In this document: positions 1 through 8,708 of the stretch, piece by piece
Numbering within the stretch: the first letter of the stretch is position 1
Layout of the letters: every line of letters starts with the position of its first letter
IMG/VR virus record: IMGVR_UViG_3300030514_000006
Origin: an uncultured virus (IMG/VR IMGVR_UViG_3300030514_000006)
Taxonomy: Duplodnaviria; Heunggongvirae; Uroviricota; Caudoviricetes; Herelleviridae
DNA: 20,000 nt
Direction: 5' to 3' (one strand)
Notes under the pieces: model-generated
Told to the model about the DNA's origin: nothing
The model's input: only the letters and a program-made list of their open reading frames with translations
Database searches by the model: none
Made by a program: the position numbers and the translations under genes

Positions 1-866
1 ATGGAACACAGGCATTTTTACACGGTTGTCACATTGAAGGTGCGGGGGATAAAGTAGGCGCAGCCCCTATTACACTGTCCGGTAACGGTGCAACATTTAT
101 CATGAACGGTGGTAAGTTTATGTTTAACTCGACAACACCGGGTTATGCTAATGTGTTTAACATCCAAGCTAGTACTTCTGAAGAAAAAGGTGGAGGAGTA
201 TACCTAGACGGGGTGTTCCTGTTCAACCTCAACCCTACGACAGGATTCTTAGCTACAGGTAGCGGACATATCTCTGTTAAAAACTGGTTCAGCTACGATA
301 CTTCACAAAACTATGCATTTCTATCTGCTGCTCGAAATAACTTAATTGACGGTGGATTCGAAATGGCGAGTATTGTAGATAACTGGTTTATCTTCCAAGA
401 TGCTGCTGCAGTTACAGATAAGTTCACAGGAACTAACATAGCTTTATCATTAGCAACAGACCAGTTTAAAGCAGGAACTAAATCGTTAAAGGTTGCTAAG
501 ACTGCTGTAGGAGGTAGTCCCGCTCAGTTTGCTCTAGCGGTACCGGTAAGTGGTGCTAATCGATACGGTGCTTCTATTAACTACAAGAAAGTAGGGACGG
601 GGACGGGAAACATCTACGCTGACATGAGATGGGCTGTCGTGGAGAATAATGCTAGTGGTTTACCTACGATTAAGTACAACTCAGCAAGTATATCCGCTAA
701 GACAATTACATTTGCTTCTGCAGATGTAAACTGGACGAACACGATCTGGTCTCCTAAACTTAGAAAACCAGCGTGGGCTACACATATGATTATCACGTTT
801 AATATCTCTAATCTGTCAAATGGAACCACGTTCTATATTGACGATTGTTTAGTAAACGAGATGTAA
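1..866 (+). CDS. C-terminal part of a tail fibre/tailspike (receptor-binding) protein with a probable C-terminal carbohydrate-binding module; 5'-truncated by the window
   Basis: The frame of ORF 102..866 is open back to the window start (GTQAFLHGCHIEGAG...). The sequence is G/N/T/S-rich and beta-strand-like, with a CBM-like signature NNLIDGGFE...FYIDD. It is followed by a strong terminator and lies immediately before the replication module, as in Herelleviridae. Confidence 0.65.
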   Translation, partial: GTQAFLHGCHIEGAGDKVGAAPITLSGNGATFIMNGGKFMFNSTTPGYANVFNIQASTSEEKGGGVYLDGVFLFNLNPTTGFLATGSGHISVKNWFSYDTSQNYAFLSAARNNLIDGGFEMASIVDNWFIFQDAAAVTDKFTGTNIALSLATDQFKAGTKSLKVAKTAVGGSPAQFALAVPVSGANRYGASINYKKVGTGTGNIYADMRWAVVENNASGLPTIKYNSASISAKTITFASADVNWTNTIWSPKLRKPAWATHMIITFNISNLSNGTTFYIDDCLVNEM

Positions 867-893
867 GACATCCTTAGGGATGTCTTTTTTTTT
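865..893 (+). terminator. Rho-independent terminator
   Basis: Stem AAGACATCC (865-873), loop TTAG, stem GGATGTCTT (878-886), within a T-run of 9 (885-893), directly at the stop codon. Confidence 0.92.
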
Positions 894-1138
894 GTCCTAT
901 TTTGAACCCTTGATACACATATGTTTCTGACCATTTACATAACTATTTTGTCCTATTTTATTATGGCTGCTCTGTATTATATTTTATATTTATTAATTAA
1001 ATATTATTATATATAGCTATAGATATTAATTAAATATTATATATAAATTATAATACAGCAGATGTAAAATTTTAATAGGCACAAATAGTCAACTAAGTAG
1101 TGATAAATATAAGCCAGTCAACGGATTAAAATAAGACA
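893..1138. repeat. ~246-bp imperfect inverted repeat with an AT-rich core and internal direct repeats; candidate replication origin
   Basis: 893-913 matches the reverse complement of 1118-1138 at 17/21 and 942-957 matches rc 1074-1089 at 13/16. CTGTATTATA (972-981) and TATAATACAG (1049-1058) are a perfect pair. The central palindrome is TATAGCTATA (1012-1021). TATTAATTAAATATTAT occurs at 991-1007 and 1024-1040, and TTTTGTCCTATTTT at 890-903 and 946-959. Confidence 0.8.
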
Positions 1139-1143
1139 TATTG

Positions 1144-1173
1144 TTCGATTTATCTGTATGATTATGGTATAAT
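1144..1173 (+). promoter_or_regulatory. Sigma-A-type extended -10 promoter for the helicase
   Basis: TGgTATAAT at 1165-1173 with a weak -35; RBS GAGGAGG at 1196-1202. Confidence 0.7.
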
Positions 1174-1214
1174 AGAGGGGTACATACAGGATAAAGAGGA
1201 GGAAAAACGAACAT

Positions 1215-2990
1215 ATGATAATTAACGTTGGTACCATGTATACAACTGTCGATTTTGGAAATGACGTACTTCTCAAAGAGAAAGTACAAGAGATGGCACA
1301 TAACCTACTAGGAATCAAAGAAGAAGGTGCGTTCTATTCACGAGCATTCAAATCAGGATTCTGGGATGGCATTACAGATTTTTACAACATGAAAGAGGAC
1401 AAGTTCCATACAGGTCTACTTGACCAATTTCTAGAAGGTATGCGTACACTAGTCGAACATAACCCTAATATCAAGTACGAGGTAGTAGATGATCGCCCGC
1501 CTGCTTTAGTTAGCCCTAATGCGATTGACGAAGAGATTGTATTAGGCAATGGTGATGAAGACCCTATTACACTACGAGATTATCAATACAACTCTGTCAA
1601 AAGTGTTTTCCACGAACAAGTAGGAATTATCAACGTAGCCACGAATGGAGGGAAAACAGAAATTGCCTCTGGTGTTATTCAGCAGGTACTTCCTTACCTA
1701 AAGCGCGGTCAGCGTGTAGCGTTCTTTACTCACTCAAGAGAAATCTTTGGTCAGTCTGCAGAACGTATTGCAAAGCGTGTAGGGCTAAAAGTCCGGGATG
1801 TTGGGTTTATTGGTGACGGAAAGTTTGATATTAAAAATAAAAAGATTGTATTTGTCATGGTACCTACACTAGTATCTGCATTAAAAGACCCAAAGAAAGG
1901 AATCAAGTTTACACCAAAGGAACGTGTAATCAAAATGATTGCAGAGGAGATTGTTCCGAAGTTTAAGAATACTCAAAATACTAGACAACTAATCCGTAAC
2001 TATATCAAAAACTGTAACCTGACTACAGCTGTCTGGTTAGACGTGGAGCAACACTTATCTTACGTGGCTTATGATAAAAAGTTCACAGACAAGTCCGCGC
2101 AGATGCATCTGAACAAATATGTGATAGAATTTAACAAGATCATGGAGAAGAAGAATAAAAAGAAATTCCAAAAGTACAACGAAACAAAAGAATTTTTAGA
2201 ATCCGTTACAGTCATGATTGCCGATGAGGTACATCACTCAAAAGCAGATACGTGGTACACGTCTCTATCACTCTGTGAAAATGCCATTTACCGTGTAGGT
2301 TTAACCGGGACTGTAGACAAGAAAGATAAAATGGGTTGGCAAAGACTGCAAGCACTATTCAGTCAAGTTGTAGTACGGGTATCGAATGAGTACTTGATTG
2401 ATAAAGGTATCTCTTCAAAACCAACCATTCGATTACTGCCTATTACTGAGCCCCGCAATATTGAACTGGCTAGTAACTTCTTGGAAGCGTACAAGCTAGG
2501 CATTGTGGAAAATGAATACCGCAATAAGATTATTGCAGACCTAGTTGAGTCTTACCATAAACGCAAGCCGGGAGGTATTCTAGTAAGCGTAAAAGAGATT
2601 GCACATGGGGACTATATCTTAGAAAATCTTCGGAACAGGGGATTAGAAGTTGAGTTTATTCATGGTGGGTCAGATGCAGACCACCGAGCTACACAGCTAA
2701 GCAGATTCTCTAAAGGGGAACTAAAGATTCTCATTGCAAGTACGATCATCGATGAAGGGGTCGATATGAAATCAATTGGCTGTATGGTGCTAGCTGCGGG
2801 AGGTAAATCCATGAGACAACAGCTACAGCGTATCGGTCGTGGACTCCGACTAAATGGCATTGATGGGAATAGCGTTATGGTATTCGACTTCATGGACTCT
2901 ACCAATAAGTTTCTCAAGGCGCATTCCAAAGAACGGATTAAACTATTTACCGAAGAAAAATTCGATGTAAAAGTTTTAGGAGGTAACTAG
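1215..2990 (+). CDS. Superfamily 2 (DExH, UvsW/type III-res-like) DNA helicase (Herelleviridae 'helicase A')
   Basis: Motifs: Q-motif LRDYQ, Walker A ATNGGKT, Walker B DEVHH, motif III GLTGT, motif V DEGVD and motif VI QRIGRGLR; good RBS. Confidence 0.93.
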   Translation: MIINVGTMYTTVDFGNDVLLKEKVQEMAHNLLGIKEEGAFYSRAFKSGFWDGITDFYNMKEDKFHTGLLDQFLEGMRTLVEHNPNIKYEVVDDRPPALVSPNAIDEEIVLGNGDEDPITLRDYQYNSVKSVFHEQVGIINVATNGGKTEIASGVIQQVLPYLKRGQRVAFFTHSREIFGQSAERIAKRVGLKVRDVGFIGDGKFDIKNKKIVFVMVPTLVSALKDPKKGIKFTPKERVIKMIAEEIVPKFKNTQNTRQLIRNYIKNCNLTTAVWLDVEQHLSYVAYDKKFTDKSAQMHLNKYVIEFNKIMEKKNKKKFQKYNETKEFLESVTVMIADEVHHSKADTWYTSLSLCENAIYRVGLTGTVDKKDKMGWQRLQALFSQVVVRVSNEYLIDKGISSKPTIRLLPITEPRNIELASNFLEAYKLGIVENEYRNKIIADLVESYHKRKPGGILVSVKEIAHGDYILENLRNRGLEVEFIHGGSDADHRATQLSRFSKGELKILIASTIIDEGVDMKSIGCMVLAAGGKSMRQQLQRIGRGLRLNGIDGNSVMVFDFMDSTNKFLKAHSKERIKLFTEEKFDVKVLGGN

Positions 2991-3920
2991 ATGGCTAGAA
3001 ATAATACTAAGTGGACTCTAGAATCGGTCAAGGCTTACTACGCTGAGCATGGTTGCACTTTCGTGTCCACAGAATATAAAACTATGTTGGATTCATACAC
3101 TTTTATTTGCCATTGTGGTAACAAGCATACCAGCCGCTTTGAGAGTTTTTATAAACATCGGAAAAGATGCAAGAAGTGTGCGGGTAAAGAGGCGGCTGAG
3201 CGCAGAAGACTAAGTAAAACGGCTATTGTTCATACGTTAGAGTCTAAGGGGTTTACCTACCTGAACCACTACTGGGCTAAAAAAGAAGGAGTAAAGACAG
3301 ATCGGAATTACCTAATGATTGACTACGTTTGTAAAAACGGGCATGTTCACGCAGGCAAGTACTACCACTCTGTATCAACGTCTGAGTATGGTTGTATGCA
3401 CTGCCTGTGGGATTTACTTAAGGAGCTTGAACGGTTACCAATCTCTAAAGTTAAATCGGTCGTAGAATTTTTTGGTATGCGGCTTTTATCTAACGATTAC
3501 ACAAACAATCATACACCAATTCTGGTAGAGTGCGCTTGTGGTAAACCCTATAAAACTACGCTAATGAGTATAACAAAAGGGCATAGATGTGGGTGTCAGC
3601 GAGGAGGGGAGAACCACTACAAGTATAACCCTAACCTTACTGACGAAGAGCGACAGGACAAACGAGCTTACCCGGAGTATGCTCAGTGGGTTCGTAGTGT
3701 TTACGAGCGGGATAACTACACCTGTAAGAAGTGTGGTAAGCGCGGAGGTGAACTCCACGCACACCATATTTACTCTTACGCAAAATTTAAAGAGAAGCGG
3801 ACAGAGTTAGCCAATGGAGTTACGCTGTGCGTGGATGACCATAAGGCATTTCACCAGTTGTACGGTCTACACGATTTTACTCCTGAAAACTTTTACAAGT
3901 TCATGGGGTATAACCACTAG
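2991..3920 (+). CDS. Free-standing HNH homing endonuclease with three N-terminal Cys/His-rich repeat modules
   Basis: C-terminal HNH domain RDNYTCKKCG..LHAHHI..NGVTLCVDDHKAFH. Three repeats contain CxCG/CKNGH...CxxC or CGC. The ATG abuts the helicase TAG, and an RBS (AGGAGGT) lies in the helicase 3' end. Confidence 0.85.
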   Translation: MARNNTKWTLESVKAYYAEHGCTFVSTEYKTMLDSYTFICHCGNKHTSRFESFYKHRKRCKKCAGKEAAERRRLSKTAIVHTLESKGFTYLNHYWAKKEGVKTDRNYLMIDYVCKNGHVHAGKYYHSVSTSEYGCMHCLWDLLKELERLPISKVKSVVEFFGMRLLSNDYTNNHTPILVECACGKPYKTTLMSITKGHRCGCQRGGENHYKYNPNLTDEERQDKRAYPEYAQWVRSVYERDNYTCKKCGKRGGELHAHHIYSYAKFKEKRTELANGVTLCVDDHKAFHQLYGLHDFTPENFYKFMGYNH

Positions 3921-3929
3921 GTAGCTAAC

Positions 3930-3960
3930 GGGGACAGTAATGTCCCTATATTTTTATTTT
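3930..3960 (+). terminator. Rho-independent terminator
   Basis: GGGACA-GTAA-TGTCCC hairpin (3931-3946, GNRA loop) followed by TATATTTTTATTTT. Confidence 0.75.
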
Positions 3961-3965
3961 AGCTA

Positions 3966-3993
3966 TTGAATATTTTACAGAATGTGTTATAAT
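3966..3993 (+). promoter_or_regulatory. Sigma-A-type promoter
   Basis: TTGAAT (3966-3971), 16-bp spacer, TG at 3985-3986, TATAAT (3988-3993). Confidence 0.75.
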
Positions 3994-4030
3994 GAAATCA
4001 AACCTGTATCAGGATAGGAGGAGCAGATGG

Positions 4031-5701
4031 ATGGAATATGGTGTGTATTTAGAGACATCTGTTGTCAACCTGAAGCCTAATGTATTAGCTTTTTTAACAA
4101 AAATGGTGGACAAAGCCAAAGAAGTAAAAGATTTTGCCATTGCTTTTAAGAAAAAAGAGTTAGCAGAGTTAGGCGGAAAAGACAGCAGAACAGTATCTCG
4201 TTATTTAAAAGTGTTAGAGGAAAAAGAAATCATTCAAACAAAAGGTGTACGAGGACGAGCAGGTGGTACAGTGGTTATGTTTAACACTGACCTTATCCGA
4301 TTCGACACTTCTGATAAAGCACTCATTAACGAAGAAGGGGTGAGCATTGACGATATCGCAAAGCGTAAGCTCCCTAAGAAAGAAAAGGAACCTAAAAAGA
4401 GTTCACGAAACAGACGAACAAAACAACAGATGCTACAAGACAAGTTACTTCGTGGAGAAAAACAAGCCAAGCTAGATGAAATGCATAGTAAACTGCATGA
4501 TCTTGGTGGTGTCCCGAACTGGGAATGGTTTAAAGAAACAGATAACCCCGTAGGAAACTACCGCACATATTTATTATCCCGTTTATACAATCGTTATGCA
4601 GTACTATTTACAGACAGACATAATGCAGAAGTAAACGTGTATGGGGAAGGCTCACCAATCAAGCCGTTAACAAATGACTACGATTGCCTTCCAGCGGATT
4701 TCTATTGTTCTTCTAGATGGGTACAATTTGAAAAATTCCGCTTATTCTGTGAAGAGCAGAAGATAGAACCTGCTACATACTTATCAGCACAGTTTAATCG
4801 CTCTATCTTTACAGCTAATGGGAAGTCACAACAAAAAGCATTACCATTTATCAACGCACTTATGTCTGACGGAAGCTATGAAGCGTATAGACAATACTGT
4901 GATTACCAAAAACAAGTAAGTTATGCTTATGCTGCTTATGGTGAAATTCCGATTAAGTTCGGAGATGATGTAGTCGTACGAGCACTTGTTGAAGCGTATG
5001 ATACAGCAGATGCTGGAGTAGGTTTATTACAGTACAAGCATGCAATCCAAGATTTCTTAACAGGAACTGGCTCAGGTGAAAAAGAAGTAGCATTAGTAAA
5101 CTTCTACCGCATGACAGAAGACAACCTATTAAACAAAAATGTTTCATTTAAGACACGCAACACAATTAAGAAATTCCTTTTGACACAGTCAATGATTCTT
5201 ACAGGCGGTATCTCTTCACTACCGGGTTACTACATCTTCGGTTCCGAGCATACTCAAGTTGTTTTAGGGTCAATCAAAAAGCTAGCTAATTCAGCTTACG
5301 AACAAACAACATTAGAGAAACGCGCATTAGGTTTACTCGCACTTCCTACAGCAGATGAAGATAAGCAAATGGAAGTAGGGGCTAGTTACCGCTACCAACT
5401 AGACGTGCTGGATGAAACACGCCAAGTGTTAAACCTAATCATGGACAGAAAAGGATTGTACATCTCTCTAGCAGATTTACAAGAAGCATTCAAGGAGTAT
5501 GGAAAAGAAATGATTCCGCTTGATGACTACTCGGTGCTAGATACAGATAAGATCGTTAAGTTCATTAACAGCCAAGATGAACAAGCTCAACCTGAAGAAT
5601 ACAATTACGATGAGATTGTAACAAAGCGTACGTACAAGGTTTACGGAGGAAATTCTGGAGCGGATTTAGAGAATACACTGCAGGACTTCATGAGGGCGTA
5701 A
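4031..5701 (+). CDS. Winged-HTH DNA-binding 'Rep'/replication-initiator or transcriptional regulator protein conserved between the two helicases in Herelleviridae
   Basis: N-terminal wHTH KKKELAELGGKDSRTVSRYLKVLEEKEIIQTKGVRGRAGG. Start reassigned to ATG 4031 because AGGAGG lies at 4016-4021 and ATG 3992 falls inside the -10 box. Synteny matches phage K 'Rep'. Confidence 0.75.
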   Translation: MEYGVYLETSVVNLKPNVLAFLTKMVDKAKEVKDFAIAFKKKELAELGGKDSRTVSRYLKVLEEKEIIQTKGVRGRAGGTVVMFNTDLIRFDTSDKALINEEGVSIDDIAKRKLPKKEKEPKKSSRNRRTKQQMLQDKLLRGEKQAKLDEMHSKLHDLGGVPNWEWFKETDNPVGNYRTYLLSRLYNRYAVLFTDRHNAEVNVYGEGSPIKPLTNDYDCLPADFYCSSRWVQFEKFRLFCEEQKIEPATYLSAQFNRSIFTANGKSQQKALPFINALMSDGSYEAYRQYCDYQKQVSYAYAAYGEIPIKFGDDVVVRALVEAYDTADAGVGLLQYKHAIQDFLTGTGSGEKEVALVNFYRMTEDNLLNKNVSFKTRNTIKKFLLTQSMILTGGISSLPGYYIFGSEHTQVVLGSIKKLANSAYEQTTLEKRALGLLALPTADEDKQMEVGASYRYQLDVLDETRQVLNLIMDRKGLYISLADLQEAFKEYGKEMIPLDDYSVLDTDKIVKFINSQDEQAQPEEYNYDEIVTKRTYKVYGGNSGADLENTLQDFMRA

Positions 5702-5724
5702 CATATGATTATGTTACAGACCTC

Positions 5725-5753
5725 TTTACAATCTTGGAAAGACATGCTATAAT
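5725..5753 (+). promoter_or_regulatory. Sigma-A-type promoter
   Basis: TTTACA (5725-5730), 17-bp spacer, TG at 5745-5746, TATAAT (5748-5753); RBS AAGGAGGAGG follows. Confidence 0.85.
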
Positions 5754-5785
5754 AGCCACTGTACACAAGGAGGAGGAACAGAAAC

Positions 5786-7255
5786 ATGTCAGTAAATCCG
5801 TTACAGCAACAGATTTTAAGAAAAGCTATAGAGTCCTCTATCTTCTCTAAAGAAATCCTTCCTAAGACTCCATCGTCCGTATTTGATGGTAATAAGGTAT
5901 ATGAGGAGCTAGCAGGAATCCTTAAACGGTATTATCAAACAAGCAACACAGTTATTACAGAAGAAGCTTTTTTAACTTTAACACAAGATAAACTAGATCG
6001 TATGAACAAGGACGCAGCTACGCAACAGGAATACTTTTCAGCAATCAGTGATCTTTACATAGTGCGTAACAGCGGTAATGACGATCTTATAGATGAAAAA
6101 ATTGAGAAACATTTGAAGAAACACATGCAACTAGACTTATTGAAAAAAGCTGCAATGAACTTGGACAAGGATGAAGTCATGGAAAAGATGGCTGATGACT
6201 GGCGGGATATCATGATGCTAGATGTCAGTGGTAGGAATCAAGAGATTATCAATGTCCTAGACGATACTGAGTATAAGCGCAAAGCTTTATCTACTCTATA
6301 TGAAAATACGATTCCAACAGGATTCCCGGCTGTAGATGCCTTGAACAGTGGAGGCTTAGCTAAAGGGGAGCTGGGAATTATCGTAGCCGCTTCTGGTACA
6401 GGTAAAACACTAGTACTGACGAACTTAGCCACTAACTATGTAAAGCTGAAGTACAATGTACTATTTATCGCACTTGAGGAATTAGAGAACAGAATGATTC
6501 TTAAGTTTGAGCAGTCGATGCTTCGTGTATCTCGTAGTCAGATTCTGACAGGTGCCCGTTTGAACGAAGAGAACTTTAACATGTACCAAACAGTTTACAA
6601 GAAAAATAGAGACAAGTTGGGTAACCTATTCTTTGCACGTTATTCTCCGAACACGATTACTCCTGCTAAAGTAGAGCAGCTTATCTCAGATGTAAAAATT
6701 AGACAAGGTATCGATATTGACGTTGTGTTAATTGACTACCCGGACTTACTTCGTAACCCAAAAGCTACAGGGAATGAAGCAGAAGATGGGGGCAGACTAT
6801 TCGAAGAAATGCGAAGAATCGCACAAGACTTTAGTGTAGTTATGTGGACAGCTTCTCAGATGAACCGTACAGCTTACAATGCTTTAATCAGAACTGCGGA
6901 GCACATGGAGGGGGCACACCGTAAGAAGAATGCGGCAGAACTTGTATTAGCAGTTAACCAGTTGCCCGAAGAGTATAACGCGGGATACATGCGACTATAC
7001 GCGGATAAAGTCCGAAATCCACCTGAAGGACCTTATGATAGAATGATTGGTTTAAAGGTTGTGGGTAGTGCCCAGACTGTACGAGAGTATTCAAGTGAAG
7101 AAGAGAAGAGACAGCATATTGCTCTCCTAGAGGAAGCAGACAGTAGAGCGGAGCAATCATTCAAGGGAAAAAAGCGTGAAAAGAAAGGTGCTGCTCCTGA
7201 TTACGGTGCAGAGATTAATAGCGCAATCAATAGAATGAGAGGAGAGGGTCAATAA
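5786..7255 (+). CDS. dnaB: DnaB-like (SF4) replicative helicase
   Basis: IPTGF..D..NSGGLAKGEL, Walker A AASGTGKT, IALEE, Walker B LIDYPD and TASQMNR. Confidence 0.92.
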   Translation: MSVNPLQQQILRKAIESSIFSKEILPKTPSSVFDGNKVYEELAGILKRYYQTSNTVITEEAFLTLTQDKLDRMNKDAATQQEYFSAISDLYIVRNSGNDDLIDEKIEKHLKKHMQLDLLKKAAMNLDKDEVMEKMADDWRDIMMLDVSGRNQEIINVLDDTEYKRKALSTLYENTIPTGFPAVDALNSGGLAKGELGIIVAASGTGKTLVLTNLATNYVKLKYNVLFIALEELENRMILKFEQSMLRVSRSQILTGARLNEENFNMYQTVYKKNRDKLGNLFFARYSPNTITPAKVEQLISDVKIRQGIDIDVVLIDYPDLLRNPKATGNEAEDGGRLFEEMRRIAQDFSVVMWTASQMNRTAYNALIRTAEHMEGAHRKKNAAELVLAVNQLPEEYNAGYMRLYADKVRNPPEGPYDRMIGLKVVGSAQTVREYSSEEEKRQHIALLEEADSRAEQSFKGKKREKKGAAPDYGAEINSAINRMRGEGQ

Positions 7256-7557
7256 TGGATAAAGATATTTTTGATCTTATTGAGAAAACTTATGGATACC
7301 CTAAACAAACTGAAGTACAGAAACATGTAGAGCGCTATGTACAAGACTTTTCAGAAAAGCATTTCCAAGAGCATGGTGAACTACCTGAGTACGTGGCTGT
7401 ATCCCCGGAGGAGTACTCAGCCGCTCAAGACTTTGTAGATGAATTAACTATGCGTAAGCTTAACCCGGTACACCCTAACTTTAGCCATACTATTCTAGGG
7501 GTGCAGACTGCTAGAGGATTTGTAGAGATAAGAGTAGAGGAGGAAAGCAATGACTAA
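7255..7557 (+). CDS. Hypothetical protein (100 aa)
   Basis: TAATG-coupled to the helicase, overlaps the next start, and has a purine-rich RBS upstream. Confidence 0.75.
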   Translation: MDKDIFDLIEKTYGYPKQTEVQKHVERYVQDFSEKHFQEHGELPEYVAVSPEEYSAAQDFVDELTMRKLNPVHPNFSHTILGVQTARGFVEIRVEEESND

Positions 7558-8605
7558 ACTAGTTTCATTCACTGACTTCCATGCACATATATTCGAGGAC
7601 TATGCTAACCCGGATGATGAATTTGTAAATGACCGATTCCGGGCACAGATGGAAACATTACAAAAAGTATTTGATATAGCAAGAGAACACAACGCTCCTC
7701 TCTTATTCTGCGGGGACTTATTTCATAAACGAGCTAAGTTAGATGACGTAGTGTTTACTGCTGTATTTGATATATTTGCAAGTAATGAAGATGTGCGAGT
7801 TTACATGATTCGAGGCAACCATGATTCCCGTACAAATGCTACAGTAACGCACCATTGGTTAAAACCGTTTAGCCATCTCAAGCATGTTACTGTGATTGAT
7901 ACACCTCGGAAGGTGTTCGTCCCCCATGATGACGGAGACTTCTTTATTTATGGTATTCCCTACTCAGATGATACAGCTTATCTAAAGCAGAAGATTAACG
8001 AGTTTGCAGACTATGCCAGTACAGAAGAAGACCCGGGGGTGCTAGCTGCTCATGTTGGAGTAGACGGAAGTGAAACAGGTAAGTACAGTCACCGCTTAGA
8101 GGGAGCGTTCAAAATAGGGGATTTACGTCCAGACGTGTTTACCTATGTAGCCCTAGGTCATTACCATAAACGACAGTTCTTAGGCGGGTTGTACAATACT
8201 TTTTACATCGGGAACACAATTCAAACCAGTTTCTCAGATGAGGGGCAAGACAAAGGTGTAATGCTAATCGATCTTGAAAACATCGGAAGACCTGAGTTCA
8301 TTCCTATTGAGAACAAAAAGTTTATTACTGTCACAGAGATTACAGAAGACGTACAGCAGATTATCAACAACAACTATGTACGATTCATTCTACCAAAAGA
8401 ACAGGCGCAAGAAGTAGAGATATTCAAAGAGTCTTCTGATAACATCCGTGTAGAAATACAGAGAGAGTATAAAACAGAGACACGTATTGCTATAGATCGT
8501 ACTTCTTCTGAGGTAGAAGCTGTTGAAGCATACACGAAAGAGTTTTACCCTGAGTCAGCGGCAATAGCTGTAGACATTATTACAGAGGCGTTAAACAATA
8601 GATAA
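7550..8605 (+). CDS. sbcD: SbcD/Mre11-like recombination exonuclease (metallophosphoesterase)
   Basis: Motifs TDFH, GDLFH, GNHD, AH and ALGHYH; RBS GAGGAGG. Confidence 0.92.
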   Translation: MTKLVSFTDFHAHIFEDYANPDDEFVNDRFRAQMETLQKVFDIAREHNAPLLFCGDLFHKRAKLDDVVFTAVFDIFASNEDVRVYMIRGNHDSRTNATVTHHWLKPFSHLKHVTVIDTPRKVFVPHDDGDFFIYGIPYSDDTAYLKQKINEFADYASTEEDPGVLAAHVGVDGSETGKYSHRLEGAFKIGDLRPDVFTYVALGHYHKRQFLGGLYNTFYIGNTIQTSFSDEGQDKGVMLIDLENIGRPEFIPIENKKFITVTEITEDVQQIINNNYVRFILPKEQAQEVEIFKESSDNIRVEIQREYKTETRIAIDRTSSEVEAVEAYTKEFYPESAAIAVDIITEALNNR

Positions 8606-8610
8606 ACCAG

Positions 8611-8644
8611 AGGGTTATTCTTTATAGGATAGCCCTATTTGTTA
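8611..8644 (+). terminator. Possible weak terminator hairpin
   Basis: AGGGTTATTC (8611-8620) pairs with GGATAGCCCT (8627-8636) using two G-U pairs, followed by ATTTGTT. Confidence 0.5.
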
Positions 8645-8673
8645 TTGACAAATTATACAGTCTTTGCTATAAT
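8645..8673 (+). promoter_or_regulatory. Perfect-consensus sigma-A promoter with extended -10
   Basis: TTGACA (8645-8650), 17-bp spacer, TG at 8665-8666, TATAAT (8668-8673); RBS AAGGAGG at 8694-8700. Confidence 0.93.
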
Positions 8674-8708
8674 CTAGTTACAGACATAAGTTTAAGGAGG
8701 ATACAGTA

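Noticed and set aside
890..1138. CRISPR array or tRNA in the repeat-rich intergenic region
   Set aside because: Repeats occur only twice or in inverted orientation with no unique-spacer periodicity; no cloverleaf or T-loop motif.
1885..2200. ~110-aa basic insertion between motifs Ib and II of the SF2 helicase as a mobile element
   Set aside because: No intein signatures, and the total length (~590 aa) matches what is recalled for this phage helicase family.
3992..4030. ORF-track start of the 569-aa protein at 3992
   Set aside because: The ATG lies within the -10 box and has no RBS; AGGAGG at 4016-4021 supports ATG 4031.
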